This document shows, piece by piece, positions 62,977 to 64,000 of a stretch of 64,000 bases of DNA. This DNA comes from a virus. Its lineage: Duplodnaviria; Heunggongvirae; Uroviricota; Caudoviricetes. The translations under genes were made by a program, and so were the position numbers. Within the stretch, counting starts at the first letter, position 1. Each line of letters begins with the position of its first letter. The DNA lies in IMG/VR virus record IMGVR_UViG_3300032516_002776, positions 51,048-115,047 of that record; one strand, given 5' to 3'. The notes under the pieces are model-generated. The model was not told where the DNA came from. It saw nothing but the letters and a program-made list of their open reading frames with translations, and did no database searches.

Positions 62977-64000
62977 ATGTCATTAAAAATAAGCGAGTTT
63001 ACCGACCAAGATATTTCAGGAAGTTCCGACTATATTCCATTTGTGCGTTACGATAGTGGTTCTTCTTGCTTTCAAAGTTCAAACTACAGAACATTAGTAT
63101 CAAAAATTACTGCTTCTTATGCTTTAACTAGTTCGTTTTCGATAAGCGGAGGCGATATAGATGTAATAATAGATGGACAAGGCATCTGCTCAACTCTGCG
63201 TACTGGTAGCGGAAATTCTTCTATAGGCGATTATTCAGCAGTACTCGCCGGACAAGGAAATACCAGTGATGGAATGAATTCATCAGTATTAGGCGGCCGA
63301 GACAATCATGCTGATGGTTGTTATTCTACATTAGGTGGTGGATGGAATAATAGTGTTGTTGGTTGTTTTTCAACAGTAAGCGGTGGTTATCAAAACACAG
63401 GTAGTTCCGATTTTTCAACAATAAGTGGTGGTTATTGTAATCGCATTTGTGCTGGTGCAAATCTATCAACATTGGGCGGCGGCTATAATAATGTTATTAA
63501 TGGTCAATATTCAACGATAGCTGGTGGGCGCCAAAATGTTATTTCAAATCAGGATGGAACAATTGGCGGCGGTAAAAGTAATACTGTCAGCAATTTTTAT
63601 GGAACGATAGGTGGTGGAACGGGTAATACAGTTTCCAATCGTTATTCTGTAATTGCTGGAGGTTGTAATAATAATACCGATGGGCAATTAAACTTTATTG
63701 GTGGAGGATTTAATAATCTCATACTAACTTCTAGTCTTTCCGTTATCGGCACAGGATGTAATAATGTTATAGATGCGGATACTGGTTGTTATAATGGAAT
63801 TTTGGGTGGTTTTAATAATTGTATTCTTAATAGTTGCAATACATTCATTATTGGAAGTGGTATAACCGCAAATGCTATCAGTGATTTTACTCTCTTCAAT
63901 AATATATGTGTTTGTGGTATAGCATGTGGCTCAGGTTTTAATGCGGTAACTGTAAATTGTGGTAGTAACAGTATTATGATGCCCGGTTCAGGCACCAATT
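62977..64000 (+). CDS. tail-fibre-like protein with Gly/Asn-rich 14-residue repeats (3' partial)
   Basis: ATG at 62977 with an open frame to the window end. It has at least 15 repeats of the form S-T-(I/L)-(A/G/S)-G-G-x-x-N-x-(V/I)-x-x-x, like the left-handed beta-roll repeats of phage fibres and trimeric adhesin heads. Confidence 0.5.
   Translation, partial: MSLKISEFTDQDISGSSDYIPFVRYDSGSSCFQSSNYRTLVSKITASYALTSSFSISGGDIDVIIDGQGICSTLRTGSGNSSIGDYSAVLAGQGNTSDGMNSSVLGGRDNHADGCYSTLGGGWNNSVVGCFSTVSGGYQNTGSSDFSTISGGYCNRICAGANLSTLGGGYNNVINGQYSTIAGGRQNVISNQDGTIGGGKSNTVSNFYGTIGGGTGNTVSNRYSVIAGGCNNNTDGQLNFIGGGFNNLILTSSLSVIGTGCNNVIDADTGCYNGILGGFNNCILNSCNTFIIGSGITANAISDFTLFNNICVCGIACGSGFNAVTVNCGSNSIMMPGSGTN
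63229..63880 (+). repeat. 42-bp periodic coding repeats within tail-fibre gene
   Basis: Periodic ggtggtgg / aataat codon pattern underlying the 14-aa protein repeat. Confidence 0.5.

Noticed and set aside
34192-63998. Shadow ORFs in the right-hand block, for example 34192..34407(-), 36941..37141(-), 38045..38407(-), 47752..47946(-), 49497..49835(-), 52215..52418(-), 53911..54189(-), 55793..56044(-), 58449..58712(-), 58970..59281(-), 59712..59978(-) and 63789..63998(-).
   Set aside because: They lie opposite the DNA polymerase, helicase, polyvalent protein and tail-fibre coding sequences, with no start context. 52215..52418 is antisense to the duplicated gene fragment.
1-64000. The region as a eukaryotic giant-virus fragment. 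This was prompted by the AT-richness, the many glycosyltransferases and the family-B DNA polymerase.
   Set aside because: The promoters are bacterial sigma70-type with AGGA RBSs, and the genes are tightly overlapping operons. The polymerase motif A is T4 gp43-like. The gp1/gp44/gp45, YopX, HNH and lipobox proteins all point to a T4-like bacteriophage.
1-64000. CRISPR arrays, rRNA genes, integrase/transposase-type mobile elements.
   Set aside because: No regularly spaced direct repeats with spacers. No integrase, transposase or recombinase motifs among the ORFs. The only repeats found are the ones reported: 29-bp DR, 15-nt junction motif, 10-bp tandem triplet, 3'-end duplication, and fibre coding repeats.

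Overview
This AT-rich window (roughly 30% GC, estimated by eye) looks like part of a large T4-like dsDNA phage genome. It encodes a gp43-type family-B DNA polymerase, a gp45-like sliding clamp, a gp44-like clamp loader, a gp1-like dNMP kinase, a UvsW/SNF2-like helicase, HNH and GIY-YIG-like free-standing endonucleases, YopX proteins and a CobT-like vWA protein. The promoters read as bacterial sigma70-type (TTGACA-N16/17-TATAAT), and there are intrinsic terminators. No rRNA, tRNA or CRISPR array could be supported.

The window falls into three blocks.

1. nt 1-9088, + strand: a 5'-truncated vWA/CobT-like gene, then a co-directional set of unusual genes. These include a QueC-like PP-loop ATPase, two paralogous proteins of unknown family, a Mom-like GNAT-fold candidate and the dNMP kinase. 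I flag this set as a candidate DNA base-hypermodification module.

2. nt 9085-33694, - strand: an uninterrupted glycan island of about 45 genes. It carries a near-complete nonulosonic-acid (pseudaminic/legionaminic-like) pathway: a PseB/CapD-like dehydratase, class-III and DegT-like aminotransferases, a NeuB-like synthase, a CMP-sugar synthetase, a formyltransferase, an LmbE deacetylase, an ATP-grasp enzyme and methyltransferases. It also has at least eight glycosyltransferases (GT2, GT4, GT9). Two signs of cassette insertion are visible: a 29-bp perfect direct repeat flanking a 201-aa ORF, and a GT-B enzyme split into N- and C-domain ORFs.

3. nt 33774-64000, + strand: replication and nucleotide metabolism genes (guaC-like GMP reductase, Nudix hydrolase, a DNPH1/NDT-like protein whose 3' end is duplicated as a diverged fragment), a polyvalent-like ArdC-N + HExxH protein, lipoproteins, an array of four tiny overlapping ORFs sharing a 15-nt junction motif, a GDP-mannose 4,6-dehydratase, and a partial tail-fibre-like gene with 42-bp periodic Gly/Asn repeats.

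All family assignments come from motifs read by eye. None has been checked against a database.
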